Source of the DNA: an uncultured Gammaproteobacteria bacterium
GTDB lineage: Bacteria > Pseudomonadota > Gammaproteobacteria > CAWCPV01
Direction: 5' to 3'
DNA length: 64,000 bases
Assembly: GCA_963797555.1 (NCBI GenBank)
Contig: CAWCPV010000005.1
Span: 192,001 to 256,000 of the forward strand
Part shown: positions 11,335-22,142 of the stretch, piece by piece
How the letters are laid out: the number at the start of each line of letters is the position of its first letter
How positions within the stretch are numbered: position 1 is the stretch's first letter
Program-made: the position numbers and the translations under genes
Notes under the pieces: generated by a model
What the model was told of the DNA's origin: nothing
The model's input: the letters and a program-made list of their open reading frames with translations, nothing else
Database searches by the model: none

Positions 11335-11447
11335 ATCGCGCCGGGCCAAGCTCGGCGCATCTTGCGGGGTGAGAGATGACGCGCACCCTGAAGTGCTGGT
11401 AAAGCTTGGATAGCGGATGCCGAGGGTTTTAGCGTGAAAGAAGCCCG
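11335..11447 (+). mobile_element. Internally deleted remnant of the group II intron 5' end seen at 27787
   Basis: Collinear blocks ATCGCGCCGGG, TGACGCGCACCCTGAAGTGCTGGTA and GCGGATGCCGAGGGTTTTA are shared with 27786-28010. Confidence 0.8.
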
Positions 11448-11501
11448 TTTTCGGCGCACGGGGCCTGACCGATGAAGGGATCTGGGTGAGGCGGCGCGCG
11501 G

Positions 11502-12147
11502 TCAGTACTCGACGATGCCCCATCCCTCGCGCAACGCCATCTGGCGCAGACGCCGGTCGGGGTGCACGGCCACTGGTATGCCCACACGGTCGAGTAGCGG
11601 CAAATCATTGTAAGAGTCCGCGTAGGCCACGCACTCTTCCAGCGGTACCTTCAGCTCGGCGCACAGTGCAAGCGCGCTCTGCAGCTTCCCATCGCCGAAG
11701 GGATGGACAAGGGGAGGACAGCCGATGAAAACCTCGTCCTGCTGGGCGCACTGCGTCGCGCTGAAGGCCGCCACGCCCAGTTGCGCGGCCAATGGGCGGG
11801 CGATAAAGTCCGGCGTGCCGGTCAACAGCGCCACCGGCTGGCCCGCCCGTTGGTGCCTTCTGATGCGTTCCAGCATGCTAGGCCGCACCCGCTTGCTGAG
11901 GTCTTGGTGCACGAACTTGGCCGCCATCTCCTCGATTGGCCCCACGTCCAAGCCCGCGAGGTAGGCCTTGTTCTTTTTGCCCACCTGCGTCCCGTACTTG
12001 GGCCACCACAGGGCATAGAAGGCGAGCGCCGACGCGACCTGCTGTGCGCCCAGGTAGCGGGCCTGAATGAGGTATCTTACGAACCGGCGTTCGGAGCTAG
12101 AATCCCTCCAGCAAGGTGCCGTCAACGTCCATCAGGACGCCGCCCAA
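11502..12147 (-). CDS. HAD-IB family hydrolase/phosphatase, +1 frameshift near 12102
   Basis: Motif I MDVDGTL in an upstream frame; then LLTGTP, K, AYADSYNDLPLL, VAVHPD. Confidence 0.82.
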
Positions 12148-12148
12148 T

Positions 12149-12782
12149 CTAACGGGTTCCGCGCGACGGCCTGGACGAGACCAGTATTCCCTCGGAGAGC
12201 ATAAATTCGAGGACCACCGGTACGCCCCGCAACAGGCAGACGGCGACCGACGCGGAGACCAGAGTGAGAGTCACCGCGTGGAGAAGGGGCGCCAAGTCGC
12301 TCCAGAAGAGGGGAAACAGCGCGGGCCACGGTTGGATCAGGAAGACCCAGCCGAATGTGACCGCCTTGATCACGCCGTACAGCGCACGCATGAGCCGCCC
12401 CGAGACAAGAAACCGGCCCACAGGGGTGCGCATCATGCTGAACGCGCTCTGCCCTTGGGCTGCGCCCTGACAGCGCACGGAGTCGACGACCAGACTGCGG
12501 GTGATGAAGACGATGGCCACCCACACCGGGATGAGCCCCAGGTGGGCCAGTACGACCCACAGCACATTTTCCACCACGCGGTCCACAGCAATGTCGAAGA
12601 TAGAGCCGAAGACCGATGATTCCCCGCGTCTTCGGGCTACATATCCATCCACTGCATCCAAGCCGATGATGAGCACCAAAAGCGGCATGTCGAGGAGTTG
12701 CCAGAGAGGGGGGGCTTGGTAGGCCATAATCACCAGAACGAACAACAGCAGGAAGCGGCTAAGCGTGACCAGATTGGCCATA
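12149..12782 (-). CDS. CDP-alcohol phosphatidyltransferase
   Basis: ANLVTLSR and DAVDGYVARRRGESSVFGSIFDIAVDR signature. Confidence 0.9.
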
Positions 12783-12926
12783 TCTACACGGGGTCCCGGT
12801 GCGGCGTGACGCTGATTATATTGGTTTCGCCTTGGAGCCGACAAACGACGTACTAACGCTTGCCATCCTCGTTGCTCGCTGGTTACGGGTATGATTCATG
12901 ACCAGATCTCTGTGACGGGGTGTTCG

Positions 12927-13241
12927 ATGAACCAGTCCTACTACCGGTATCACGTCTTCTTTTGCACGAACCAAAGGCAGGACGGGTCCCAGTGCTGCCA
13001 GAACCGCAATGCGCGGGCCATGCGCGATTATGTCAAGCAGCGGGTCAAGGCGCTAGGAATGGGTCGGGCGGGCGGTATACGCATCAACATCGCAGGCTGC
13101 ATGGACCGTTGCTCCGAGGGGCCGGTGCTCGTGGTGTACCCGGAAGCGGTCTGGTATACGTACGTGGACCGAGAGGACATCGACGAGATCGTAGAGGAGC
13201 ACCTTGTCCATGGACGTGTCGTCGAGCGGCTCAGGATCTGA
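12927..13241 (+). CDS. Thioredoxin-like [2Fe-2S] ferredoxin
   Basis: HVFFCTNQR...CC...AGCMDRCSEGPVLVVYPEAVWY. Confidence 0.92.
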   Translation: MNQSYYRYHVFFCTNQRQDGSQCCQNRNARAMRDYVKQRVKALGMGRAGGIRINIAGCMDRCSEGPVLVVYPEAVWYTYVDREDIDEIVEEHLVHGRVVERLRI

Positions 13242-13395
13242 GTGCCCAAGCGTCCCGGAGGCGATGGGCCTCACCAAGTCCTACCAGCGGGCGCTAGGAA
13301 GTTGGGGAAGACCGTCCTGGGTTATGGGGCGCCCGGCAATCTTCTGTTGCGGGATCTGGCCGAACAGACGATGCCGTGCTTCCTCCACCGCCCCG

Positions 13396-14597
13396 TCAAC
13401 CTGGGGGAGTGGCAATGGCACGGAGCCGTCGCTCCGAGCGCCGGCGATGCCGCCTCAGGCGCTTGTATTTCGCCTGTGCCCAACAGGCCAAACGCTCGTC
13501 GAGATAGCGAAGCGTCGGGTAAAGCGCCGATGGGTAGTAACGACCGTAGTACGTCAGCCAACCCCGGATGACGGGATTGAACATCCGAGCCAGGTCGTCA
13601 ATCCGCTTGTCCACCCGGCAACCGAGCTGCCAGTCACGAATCGCTTGACGCATGCGTTTTGCGGCCCGGTTGCTGACCGCCGGGCTGAAGTTGACGAAGT
13701 ACTTTCCCCAGCGATTCTTCGAACGCCGCGACCGGAACGTATAGCCGAGGAAGTCGAATTTCTCGTTGGGGTAGTGGCCCCGTCGGTCGTCATCGTTGCA
13801 GTAGACAATCTGCGTCTTCTGCGGATGCAGCTCCAGCCCGCACTCCGCAAACCGCCCCTGCAGCACACGCTTCAGCCATTGCGCCTGCGCTTCGCTCACA
13901 CAGTGGCAGAGGATATCATCGGCAAATCGCTCGAACGGAATGTGCGGATGGTGTTTCGCCATCCACCGGTCGAACGCATAATGCAAGAAGAGGTTCGCAA
14001 GCAAGGGGAAATCACGGACCCCTGCGGCGTCCCCCGCTCCCGGGGCTCCAGGGTGCCATCAGCCAACTGCACGGGGGCTTTCAGCCACCGCTCGATGTAC
14101 AACAGCACCCAGCGACAGTCGGTGTGCTTCTTCACCGCCTTGAGAAGCAGGTCGTGCGGAATGGTGTCGAAATAGGCCCGGATGTCCAGGTCGAGCACCC
14201 AGTCATAGCGCCAGCAACGCTCACGCGCCACGCCCACGGCGTCCAACGCCGACTTCCCAGGCCGGTACCCATAGGAGTCCGAATGGAAATGCTTCTCCAA
14301 CTCGGGCTCCAGGTACCCCTTCACCACCGCCTGCGCAATGCGGTCCGCGACCGTCGGGATCCCCAACGGCCTCGTCCCACCCTCTCGCTTGGCGATCTCC
14401 ACACGCTTCACCGGTGGCGGAAAGTAGCTGCCTGACGACAATCGATTCCACAGCTTGTAGAGGTTGTTTTCCAAATCCTCCTCAAACACCTCTATCGACT
14501 GCTCGTCGACACCAGCCGCTCCCCGGTTTGCCTTCACCCGTTTGTACGCTTCCCAAACCCAACGCTTGGGAATACAAAACGGCTTTGCTTTATCCAA
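13396..14597 (-). pseudogene. ltrA: Intron A reverse transcriptase/maturase (frameshift near 14005, C-terminus clipped)
   Basis: RPLGIPTVADR, SYGYRPGKS, LDLDIRAYFD, GTPQGSVISP, ERFADD, FDFLGY; one C missing in a C-run. Confidence 0.9.
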
Positions 14598-15150
14598 AAG
14601 GCTCCTCCCGTTTCCGGTTGACCTTCCGATAAGACCGGACAGTGCCGCCCCTTTGCTCCAGCCCCATTACAGGACCTTCAACGCTCCTACGGGCGGCTCC
14701 GCCCCTGTGCCCCGCCTCGGTACTCTGGCTCTCGTGGGGCTGCCACTTGAGCGGCTCCCTTCACATCGGGGCGACAGGTTCCCACGTTCCACACAAGAGC
14801 CTGAACCAAGGTCACGCCGCCTTCGTGCCGGAGGCCATCTGGCCAGTCAACAGGCTCCCGCCAGACTCATCCCAGGTTAACGACTACCCCCTGGTTTCGA
14901 CCTCGTCCCTACGCTTTCGACAGCTCATCGACGGTTCGCTTGCGCTCGTCTCCTTGGCCCACACCTGACAAAGTCTCGCCCTGCCTTTTCCTCGACGCTC
15001 ACCACCCGGACTCTTGACCCGCGCAGCTCGAGGCGGTTTGAAGCCTGCACCTGCATGCCGGCTTCGAGGGGCCTGCCCTCATCTCTCGTGCAGCATGGCT
15101 GCTCCAGTGTGCTCAATTCATAAGCACTCCTTCGCGCCTTCGTGGCGCAC
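13410..15150 (-). mobile_element. Group II intron A (class D-like), 3' end (DV/DVI) lost
   Basis: 5' end GTGCGCCACGAAGGCGCG at 15150; domains I-III similar to intron B at 29167; no domain V after the RT. Confidence 0.9.
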
Positions 15151-15223
15151 TGTCGTCGATGTAGCGCACCAGGTAGGCTTCGCCCCGCAACCGGGACTTG
15201 ACCACCCGCTCGAACCACAGATC
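15151..15223 (-). pseudogene. Host group II intron RT fragment forming the 5' exon of intron A
   Basis: Translates DLWFERVVKSRLRGEAYLVRYIDD plus one base, then GTGCG. Confidence 0.88.
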
Positions 15224-16808
15224 CGGAACGTGTCAACAACTTTGAGACACGGGTGGTTGGAAACTAAGTTGTCCATTGCCGCCATCTCGCATTGGCCGAG
15301 CGTGTTGGCTTGCTCGAGGAGCAGGGTACTGGTCGTGGGCAGATCCTGCTCGGGGACTATCGGGTTGATGGCGACCAGCTTGGGGGGCTGGGCTGCGACT
15401 GGGCGCCCCCGCACGAAGCGCTCGGGATGTGCCTGGTGGGCGGCATCGAGCGCCGCCTGGCGCACCGCCAAGAGCTCCTTGACCCGTCCGTGAAACACAT
15501 CAGCCGGCGTGAACAGGGCGAGCCCCGAATGCTGATGGTGGTGGTTGTACCAGTCGAAGAACTCGGTGCACCAAGCCCGCCCCTGCTCGAGACCTCGGAA
15601 GCGACCGGGAAAGTCCGGCTGGTACTTGAGGGTCTTGAACTGAGACTCGGAGAAGGGATTGTCGTTACTCACCCTGGGGCGGGAGTGAGAGGGCTCCACC
15701 TTCAGCTCCGCCAGGAGGTCGAGAAAGCCCCGTGCGGTCATGGGGGCACCGCGGTCCTGGTGGACCCGCAGGCTGCGTGGCTCGATGCCATGGCGATGGA
15801 TGGCTTCTGCCAGCAGTTGTTTGGCGAGTGCACTGTTCTCGCGGGCCGCCAGCCAAGCCACCACGAAGCGGCTGTAGAGGTCGAGCACCACGTAGAGATT
15901 CAGGAACACCCCTCGGCTCAGGGTGGCGAGCTTGGTGATGTCCCAGGTCCAGACTTGGTTGGGGGCGCTTGCCTCCAAGCGCGGCACGGGATGGTGAGTT
16001 TTGGGGCGCACGGCGCGCCGCTCGCCCGACTCTGCGGATTCGGCCAACAGCCGATGCATGGTGCGAACAGAACACAGATACCGCCCCTCGTCCAGAAGCT
16101 TGGCGTAGACCTCAGCCGGGGGCTGGTCGATGAAGCGCTCCTCGTGGAGCACCTCGAGCACTTCCCGGCGCTGCGCCTCGCTCAGGCGCCGTGGGCTACA
16201 CCGTGGACCGCTGGCAGGCCGAGTAACCCGCGGTCGGTGCCGATAGAGTGTCGCCCGCGCAAGCCCCAGGGCCGCACAGGCGGACTTGAGCGGCACCACC
16301 GGGTCACGCGCTTCGAGTGAAGCGCACTCATGGCACGTGCTCGCTCTCGGTGGCCGCCAACAACTCCTGGGCTTTTTTTGGAGCTCAAGGAGCTTCTCGG
16401 CGATGAGGAGCTTGCGCGTGAGGATCGCCTTGTCGCGCTCCAGCGCCTCGATGCGCGCCGGTCCTTGGCATCCTTGAGCGCCTTGCGACCCGGCTTCCTG
16501 GGTGCGAGCCCGGCCTCGCCTTCACGCTCGAGCTGCACACGCCAGGCCGCCAATTGGGAGCTGTACAGCCGCTCTCGACGCAGCAGCGCCGCCAGTGCTC
16601 CACGCTCAGTGCAAGCCTCGGCCTCGGCCAAAAGACGTTGCTTGTCCTCGGCCGAGAAGCGCCGATGCAGCCCCCGATCATGCTCAGGGTTGGCTACCAC
16701 CTCAGTACCACTTCCAACTGAAACAGGCTTGGGCATGACATCCTCCAGTCCGCCCTCGAATCATCCTAACGATCATTGCGTCTGGCGCCACCCCAGAGGA
16801 TGAAAGAA
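15224..16808 (-). mobile_element. IS3-family element (orfA/orfB) abutting the host RT fragment
   Basis: orfA RRFSAEDKQRLL; CAAAAAAAG slippery site near 16375; orfB NQVWTWDITKL, HQDRG, DNPFSESQFKTLKY; upstream end approximate. Confidence 0.88.
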
Positions 16809-16914
16809 GCTGTGGGGTGGGAGACGGCGGGAAGAGGTCGCGCAAGTTTTTGGCGGCTCGACCCCGCAACCTAACGTGACCCGCCGGACCGACTCGTACC
16901 CCGGATTGCTTCCC

Positions 16915-17814
16915 TACAGAGCGCACGTTAAACAGGCCGTCGGCGGCTTGCCGCCTTCAGGCTCACTGGGGTATGGACGCTGGTCGGGAAGCCCCGCGGG
17001 CGCGCCGCAGGATTCGGAAACCCGGCGGTGGGCGTAAGCGACAAAAGGAAGCAGGACGAGACGCTGCTTTCGGATCTGGATCGACTGCTCGATCCGGTGA
17101 CCCGAGGCGATCCGATGTCGCCGTTGCGCTGGACTTGCAAGAGCACGACCAAGCTGGCGGCAGAGCTTCGGGACAGGGGGCATCGGGTATCGCAGGCGAC
17201 GGTGTGGAGACTGCTCGATGAGCTCGGCTACAGTATGCAGTCCAATCGCAAGACCCGAGAAGGCTCGGACCATCCCGATCGCAACGCGCAGTTCGAGTTC
17301 ATCGGTGCGAGCGTGAACGATTTCCTGGGCAGGGGTCTGCCCGTGGTCTCGGTCGATACCCAAAAGAAGGAGCTCATCGGGCGGTTCAAGAACAGTGGCC
17401 GAGAATGGCAGCGCAAGACTTTGTCGACCAAGAACTCGGCAAGGCCATCCCCTACGGGGTCTACGACATCGCTCGCAACGAAGGCTGGGGAAGTCGCGGC
17501 ATTACCCACGACACGGCGGAATTCTCCGTCGAGACCCTGCGGCGTTGGTGGTACCGCATGGGCAGCCAAGTCTATCCCCGGGCCTCGGAGATGCTGATCA
17601 CCGCCGACGGGGGTGGCAGCAATGGCGCCCGAGTCCGGTTGTGGAAGCTGATGCTGCAACAGCTTGCCGACGAGCTAGGCATCGCTATCCACATCAGACA
17701 CTTTCCGCCTGGAACGAGCAAGTGGAACAAGATCGAGCACCGCATGTTCTGTCACATCACCGAGAACTGGCGTGGCCGTCCCTTGACCAGTCAACTGGCG
17801 ATCGTGTCCTTGAT
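16915..17814 (+). pseudogene. ISAzo13-family transposase, fragmented
   Basis: RKPGGGRK, TRGDPMSPLRWTCKS, SVDTQKKELIG, ITADGGGSNG, PPGTSKWNKIEHRMF; frameshifts and deletions; cut by an IS21 end. Confidence 0.9.
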
Positions 17815-18975
17815 TGCGTATTCCACGCAAATCGATCGCCTGGTCCACGGCAAAGTGATCACCCAGACCGGTGAAACCGATCGGTGGTCGGAGCGAAGCG
17901 ACGCAGGGCCGTTCACTTTTACTGCAACTGAGCGGTTTGGGTCAAGGGTGAGCGTTTCTTTCGCATCGAGTCTCCTTTGAGAGTGAGCTTGTAGGCGTTG
18001 TGGACCAAGCGGTCCAGGATGGCATCGGCGAGCGTGGGGTCGCCGAGGCGCTCGTGCCAGTGCTCCACGGGGAGCTGACTGGTGACCAGGGTGGAGCGCA
18101 GGCCGTGGCGGTCATCGAGTAGCTCCAACAGATCGCGGCGGTGCTCCTCGGTCAGCTTGGCGAGCCCCCAGTCGTCGAGCACCAGGACATCCACTTTGGC
18201 AAGGCTGGTAAGCAATGCTCCGTAACGCCCATCGCCGCGGGCGAGCGAGAGGTCCTGGAGCAGTCGCGGCAGACGCTGGTAGAGCGCGCTGTGGCCTTCT
18301 CGGCACGCCTTGTGGGCGAGTGCGCAGGCGAGATAGCTCTTGCCCACCCCCGTGGGACCGGTGATCAGCACATTGAGGTGCTCGTCCACCCAGCGGCAGG
18401 AGGCGAGAGTGGCCATCAGCGCCTTGTCCAGCCCCCGCGGGGCGCGGTAGTCGATGTCCTCCACGCAGGCGCTCCTCGAAGCAGAGCGCCTCGATGTCCG
18501 GGGTATGCTGTTGGTCCTGCCTTCAGCATGCCGTTGAGCCGCAGGGCGGAGAGTTTCTCTAGGGTGGGATGAGTGAGCATCTCGGAGGTCCTCTTCAGTG
18601 GTAGTACTCGGGGCCGCGCAGGTTGGGATGCGCAGGCGTCGCGGCGGAGCCTTCGCAGGCGGGCAGGCCCTGGCGGTCCAGACCGTGGTGCAGGATGGCC
18701 TTGAGGCTCTTGAAGCTCAGGCCCCCGATGGCGAGCGCCCGCCGGCAGGCGGCCTCCAGGCGCTCGGCGCCGTAGTCTTTGCCCAGGCGCATGATGCCCA
18801 GACACGACCGAAAGCCCTGTTGGGGGTGGGGGCGGCGGGCGAGGATCGCCTCCACCACCTGGGCGGTCGCCGGTCCGGTCTTGGCCGCCCAGCCGATGAG
18901 CCGCTGCGGGCTCCAGCCCGCGTATTGCCGATGGGCCTGGGGCATGTGCTCGGACAGCGTGGTGTGGCGGCCTGG
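17815..18975 (-). mobile_element. istB: IS21-family remnant: terminal end, istB (17919-18580, disrupted) and istA C-terminus (18595-18975)
   Basis: End TGCGTATTCC followed by repeated GATC-containing sites; [25 protein letters not shown]; IstA tail [11 protein letters not shown]. Confidence 0.9.
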
Positions 18976-18999
18976 GTGGGGACTTCGGCGATGGCTCGG

Positions 19000-19690
19000 G
19001 TCGGGGTGCGGTATTGGATGCGCACATGGGTGTAGTGCCCGTCGATGTGCCGTTGGAAGTGCCGGGCGAGGAAGCTTGAGCCGTTGTCGGTCACCAAGAA
19101 CGGGGGCTTCGCCAGGGGTCCGTGCAGCCGCTCGGCTTCGGCGCGGGCGCTATCGAGGGCGGCGGCGACCTCCGGCGCGCTGTAGCTGGCCGTGAAGTGA
19201 CAGGCAAGCAGGTAACGCGAGTAGTAGTCGATGACGGTGACCGCGTACCACCACCCGTGTCCCGGGATGTGCAGATAAGTGACATCGGCCTGCCACAGCT
19301 CGTTCGGCTTGGAGGGCAGCAGCTCGAACAGACGCGCCGCCTGATACAGTGCCGCTTCGCGTACCCGGCGCTTTTGCAACAGCCCGGCGGCCTTGAACAC
19401 CCGGTAGACCACCTTGTTGCTCACTGCCAAACCCTGGCGACGCGCGACTACTGCGATACGCTTGTATCCCCACCACGGGTAGCGTTCGGCCAGGGCTCTT
19501 CAGGCACTGGCTTCGGCTTGCGCCCAGGCTTTTTGGGCTCGGTGGCTCGCCCTGCATACCACACCGAGCGGGCAATGCCCAAGGCTCTCAGCACCCCAGA
19601 GAGCCGAGCCACAGGATTCGCCGCGCAGGCCTCCGTGACCATGGTGCGCACCGCCTCGGTCAGCTCGAGCCGCCCGAGAGTTGTTTTAAA
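19000..19690 (-). pseudogene. IS3-family orfB fragment
   Basis: YPWWGYKRIA, PNELWQADVTY, VIDYYSRY, TDNGSSF; truncated before the last catalytic Glu. Confidence 0.85.
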
Positions 19691-19774
19691 ATCCGGTTGG
19701 CGATGGTGGAGCTCGCACTACAGCCTCGCCCCTCATCCCACTCTCGCCACTTGAGACGTTCATGTTATTGTGCA

Positions 19775-19841
19775 TAGGTGCCTAAGCTCTACCAGGGCAG
19801 CCCTCTCAGGCTGCTGAATTCCATGCGCTTGCAAGGTGCAA
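19775..19841 (-). mobile_element. Putative 5' stub of a further group II intron
   Basis: TTGCACCTTGCAAGCGCATGGAATTCAGCAGCCTGAGAGGGCTGCC with a GCAGCC/GGCTGC hairpin, resembling TTGCG-type intron starts. Confidence 0.5.
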
Positions 19842-20075
19842 CTCCCACAGCACCCCGCATGCGGATCCGCACGGGGCGCTTCCTTCGGATGGTAAAGGGT
19901 CACCCGAGGATGACGACCTCCAACGCTGGCTACGGCACGAACCGCCAAGACCGTTTCACCCGGTCGGGTGCGCCTACGGCCGTTGAGGCCCTCCCGTCTC
20001 TCTCGTTGCCGAAGGTTCGGGCCTTCACCGTGTCCTACCCATGACGGGGGCGTTTGGCGTTACGCCCTCGACTGA
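19842..20075 (-). ncRNA. ORF-less group IIC-like intron, domains II-V
   Basis: DIII end GAAGGCCCGAAC; DIV closed by CCTTCGG/CCGAAGG; short DV AGCGCCCCG-TGCG-GATC-CGCA-TG-CGGGGTGCT then GTGGGAG. Confidence 0.72.
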
Positions 20076-20189
20076 GAGCCTGTGAATTTATCGAATCTCG
20101 GCTGCTCGGGTGAGAAAAATCGCTGCTCACGGGGAAGATGCCGAGAGAATATTAGCGAACCATGATACAGCTCTTGATGTGCTCGGGGG

Positions 20190-22142
20190 TCAAACTTTGA
20201 CAGGAGCTACGCACATGGGTGCTGCAACACGAGGCGCGACAAGGGTTTGCCGCATTGCAGCAAAAGAGGCGTGTATCTAGGCCCTCAGCGCAGATCGAGG
20301 ACCGGTGGGGGATTCTTGATTCCGAGTGCTTTCAGGCGCTTAGCGGCTGCCGGAGTCGGTTCGGTGACCTGCCAGACGGTGCCATTGGGGCTCAACAATT
20401 GTGCGAGCTTGATGTGCTTGAGGTCATCGCGGAGGTTGCGCCAGGTGTCGGCGCAGGCGTGCTCGGCCACCCGCTCGAGCAGCAGGGCCAAGACGCTCAG
20501 GGCCACGTGGGCATGGATGCGGTGCACCGCCCAGTGGTAGACGGGCCGAAGCTTCAGCCCGCTCTTCAAGGTGCGCCACGCCTCCTCCACCCGCGCGAGC
20601 TGCTTGTAGCCGAGCGCCAGGTCTTCGGGGGAGAGCGTGTCGTCGTTGCTGGTGACCACGAACTTGCCATCCAAGCGCGCCTCGGCCTTGATCCTGGCGG
20701 GGTCGAGCAGGGGATGGCCGGTGGCGCTACGCTTCAAGTAGCGACCGAAGCGCCCACTGTTGAGCAACGCACAGGCCCGCTTGCTCTGGCCCTCGCCTGG
20801 ACTCTCGCGCAGGCTCGCGAGCTCTGCCTCCAGTTCCGTCAAGAGCTCGGCGCGGTGCGCTCGGCTGCGCTCGGCCTCCTGCGGGTTGTGGCAGACGATG
20901 TAGCGTCGGCGCTGCTCGCCGACCACGACCTCCTTCACCCGCAGGTTCTGCGCGACCGGATGGTAGCGCCCGGGACGGGCGAGCACCTCGCGGGTGACCT
21001 CATCGCCGCGGCGCATGGGCACGCACACGATGTACTTGCCCCCACCGCGGGCGAGCGCTTGGAGGTTGGCCTGCGAGACCATCCCGGCATCGCCCACGAA
21101 CAGACAGCGCGAGAGCTGCCAGCCCTTGAGATCGCGCTTCACCTGCTCGACGGTGCGGACATCCACCGTGTTGCCGGGGAACACCCAGTGGCGCACCGGG
21201 AAGCCGTCGCGGGTGACCGCGAGCCCGACCACGATTCTCGCGCGCATCGCCGCGCCCGTTCTTGCTGTTGCCGCGCTTCCTCGGCGCCGCGTACGGCTTG
21301 GCCCCTCTGCCGCCGCGGATCCTCGCACAACATCGTCCGGCCCCACCCCTCGGTCCTCCTCATCGACCTCGAAGTGCAGGCTGGTCGTGTCGTAGAAGAC
21401 GAGATCGACATCGAGGTTCAAGAGGTCCGCCAAGCGGAAGTAGATGGCCCGCTCGATGGTCGCCTTCTCGGTTTCCAGGAAGTCCATCGCCCGGTACAGA
21501 TGCTGCAACTCCAGTCGCTCGGTCTGTCCGATGCGCACCTCCTCGGCTAGCCACTGGCTGAAGCAGTAGAGCTTGGAGGCCGGAGCACAGGCGCGGTTCG
21601 CCACCATCGCGAACAGCGCCCGCTCCACCGAGAAGTCGAAACGGCGTCCTCCGACGACCTCCTCGATCACTTCGGCGATCCCAAGGCGTGCCCACAGCGC
21701 CTCCAGCACGTAGACCTCCCCGTAAGGCCAGGCGTTGACCACCTGCCAGCCCGGGTGCTCGGCCACGATGTCCTCGGGCGCGGCACGGCGCAGGATGCTC
21801 CGAGCGAGCCGGCGCAGCCGCTCGGTCACCTCGGGGGCTTCGGCACGCCCACAGTTATAGACGATGCGCGTCTCGGAGCGGCCCTTGTCCGGGTTCCAGA
21901 CGCTCTCGGCGAGCTGCAGGTGGGTGATCACCGAGCCGTCGGCGCGCTTCTGGTGGGTCTCGCGCAAGTACATGTGCGCAACTATACATGCATCACTAAG
22001 TACACATCAATGACAAGCTAACATTCCATGTATCTATGCATTTGGCGGCATGCGAGCGCCCGCTCACCGCTAACCCGTTGATCCGCGGAACCCCGAACTC
22101 AACGTCCACCCCATCGATGTATTGGTAACTGTCAAAGTCGGG
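20190..22142 (-). mobile_element. IS1634-family element, transposase 20285-21973
   Basis: Imperfect inverted ends with core ACTTTGACAG; VFYDTTS, VGDAGM, VEEAWRTLKSGLKLRPVYHW..RIHAH. Confidence 0.9.

Noticed and set aside
13242-13410. Coding-like sequence replacing the 3' end of intron A
   Set aside because: Could not assign a family; too short to support a call.
17815-17905. Short spaced repeats resembling a mini CRISPR array
   Set aside because: Imperfect transposase-binding repeats of an IS21 end; no cas genes or regular spacers. No CRISPR, tRNA or rRNA was recognised in the window.
21235-21310. Scrambled peptide segment within the IS1634 transposase
   Set aside because: Expected PRKRGNSKNGR is in another frame; compensating indels, likely error or decay rather than a new domain.
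20219-21550. Long plus-strand ORF (443 aa) and similar long antisense ORFs, e.g. 13204-14175, 15292-16320, 55632-56693
   Set aside because: Shadow frames opposite recognisable genes in high-GC DNA; no motifs of their own.
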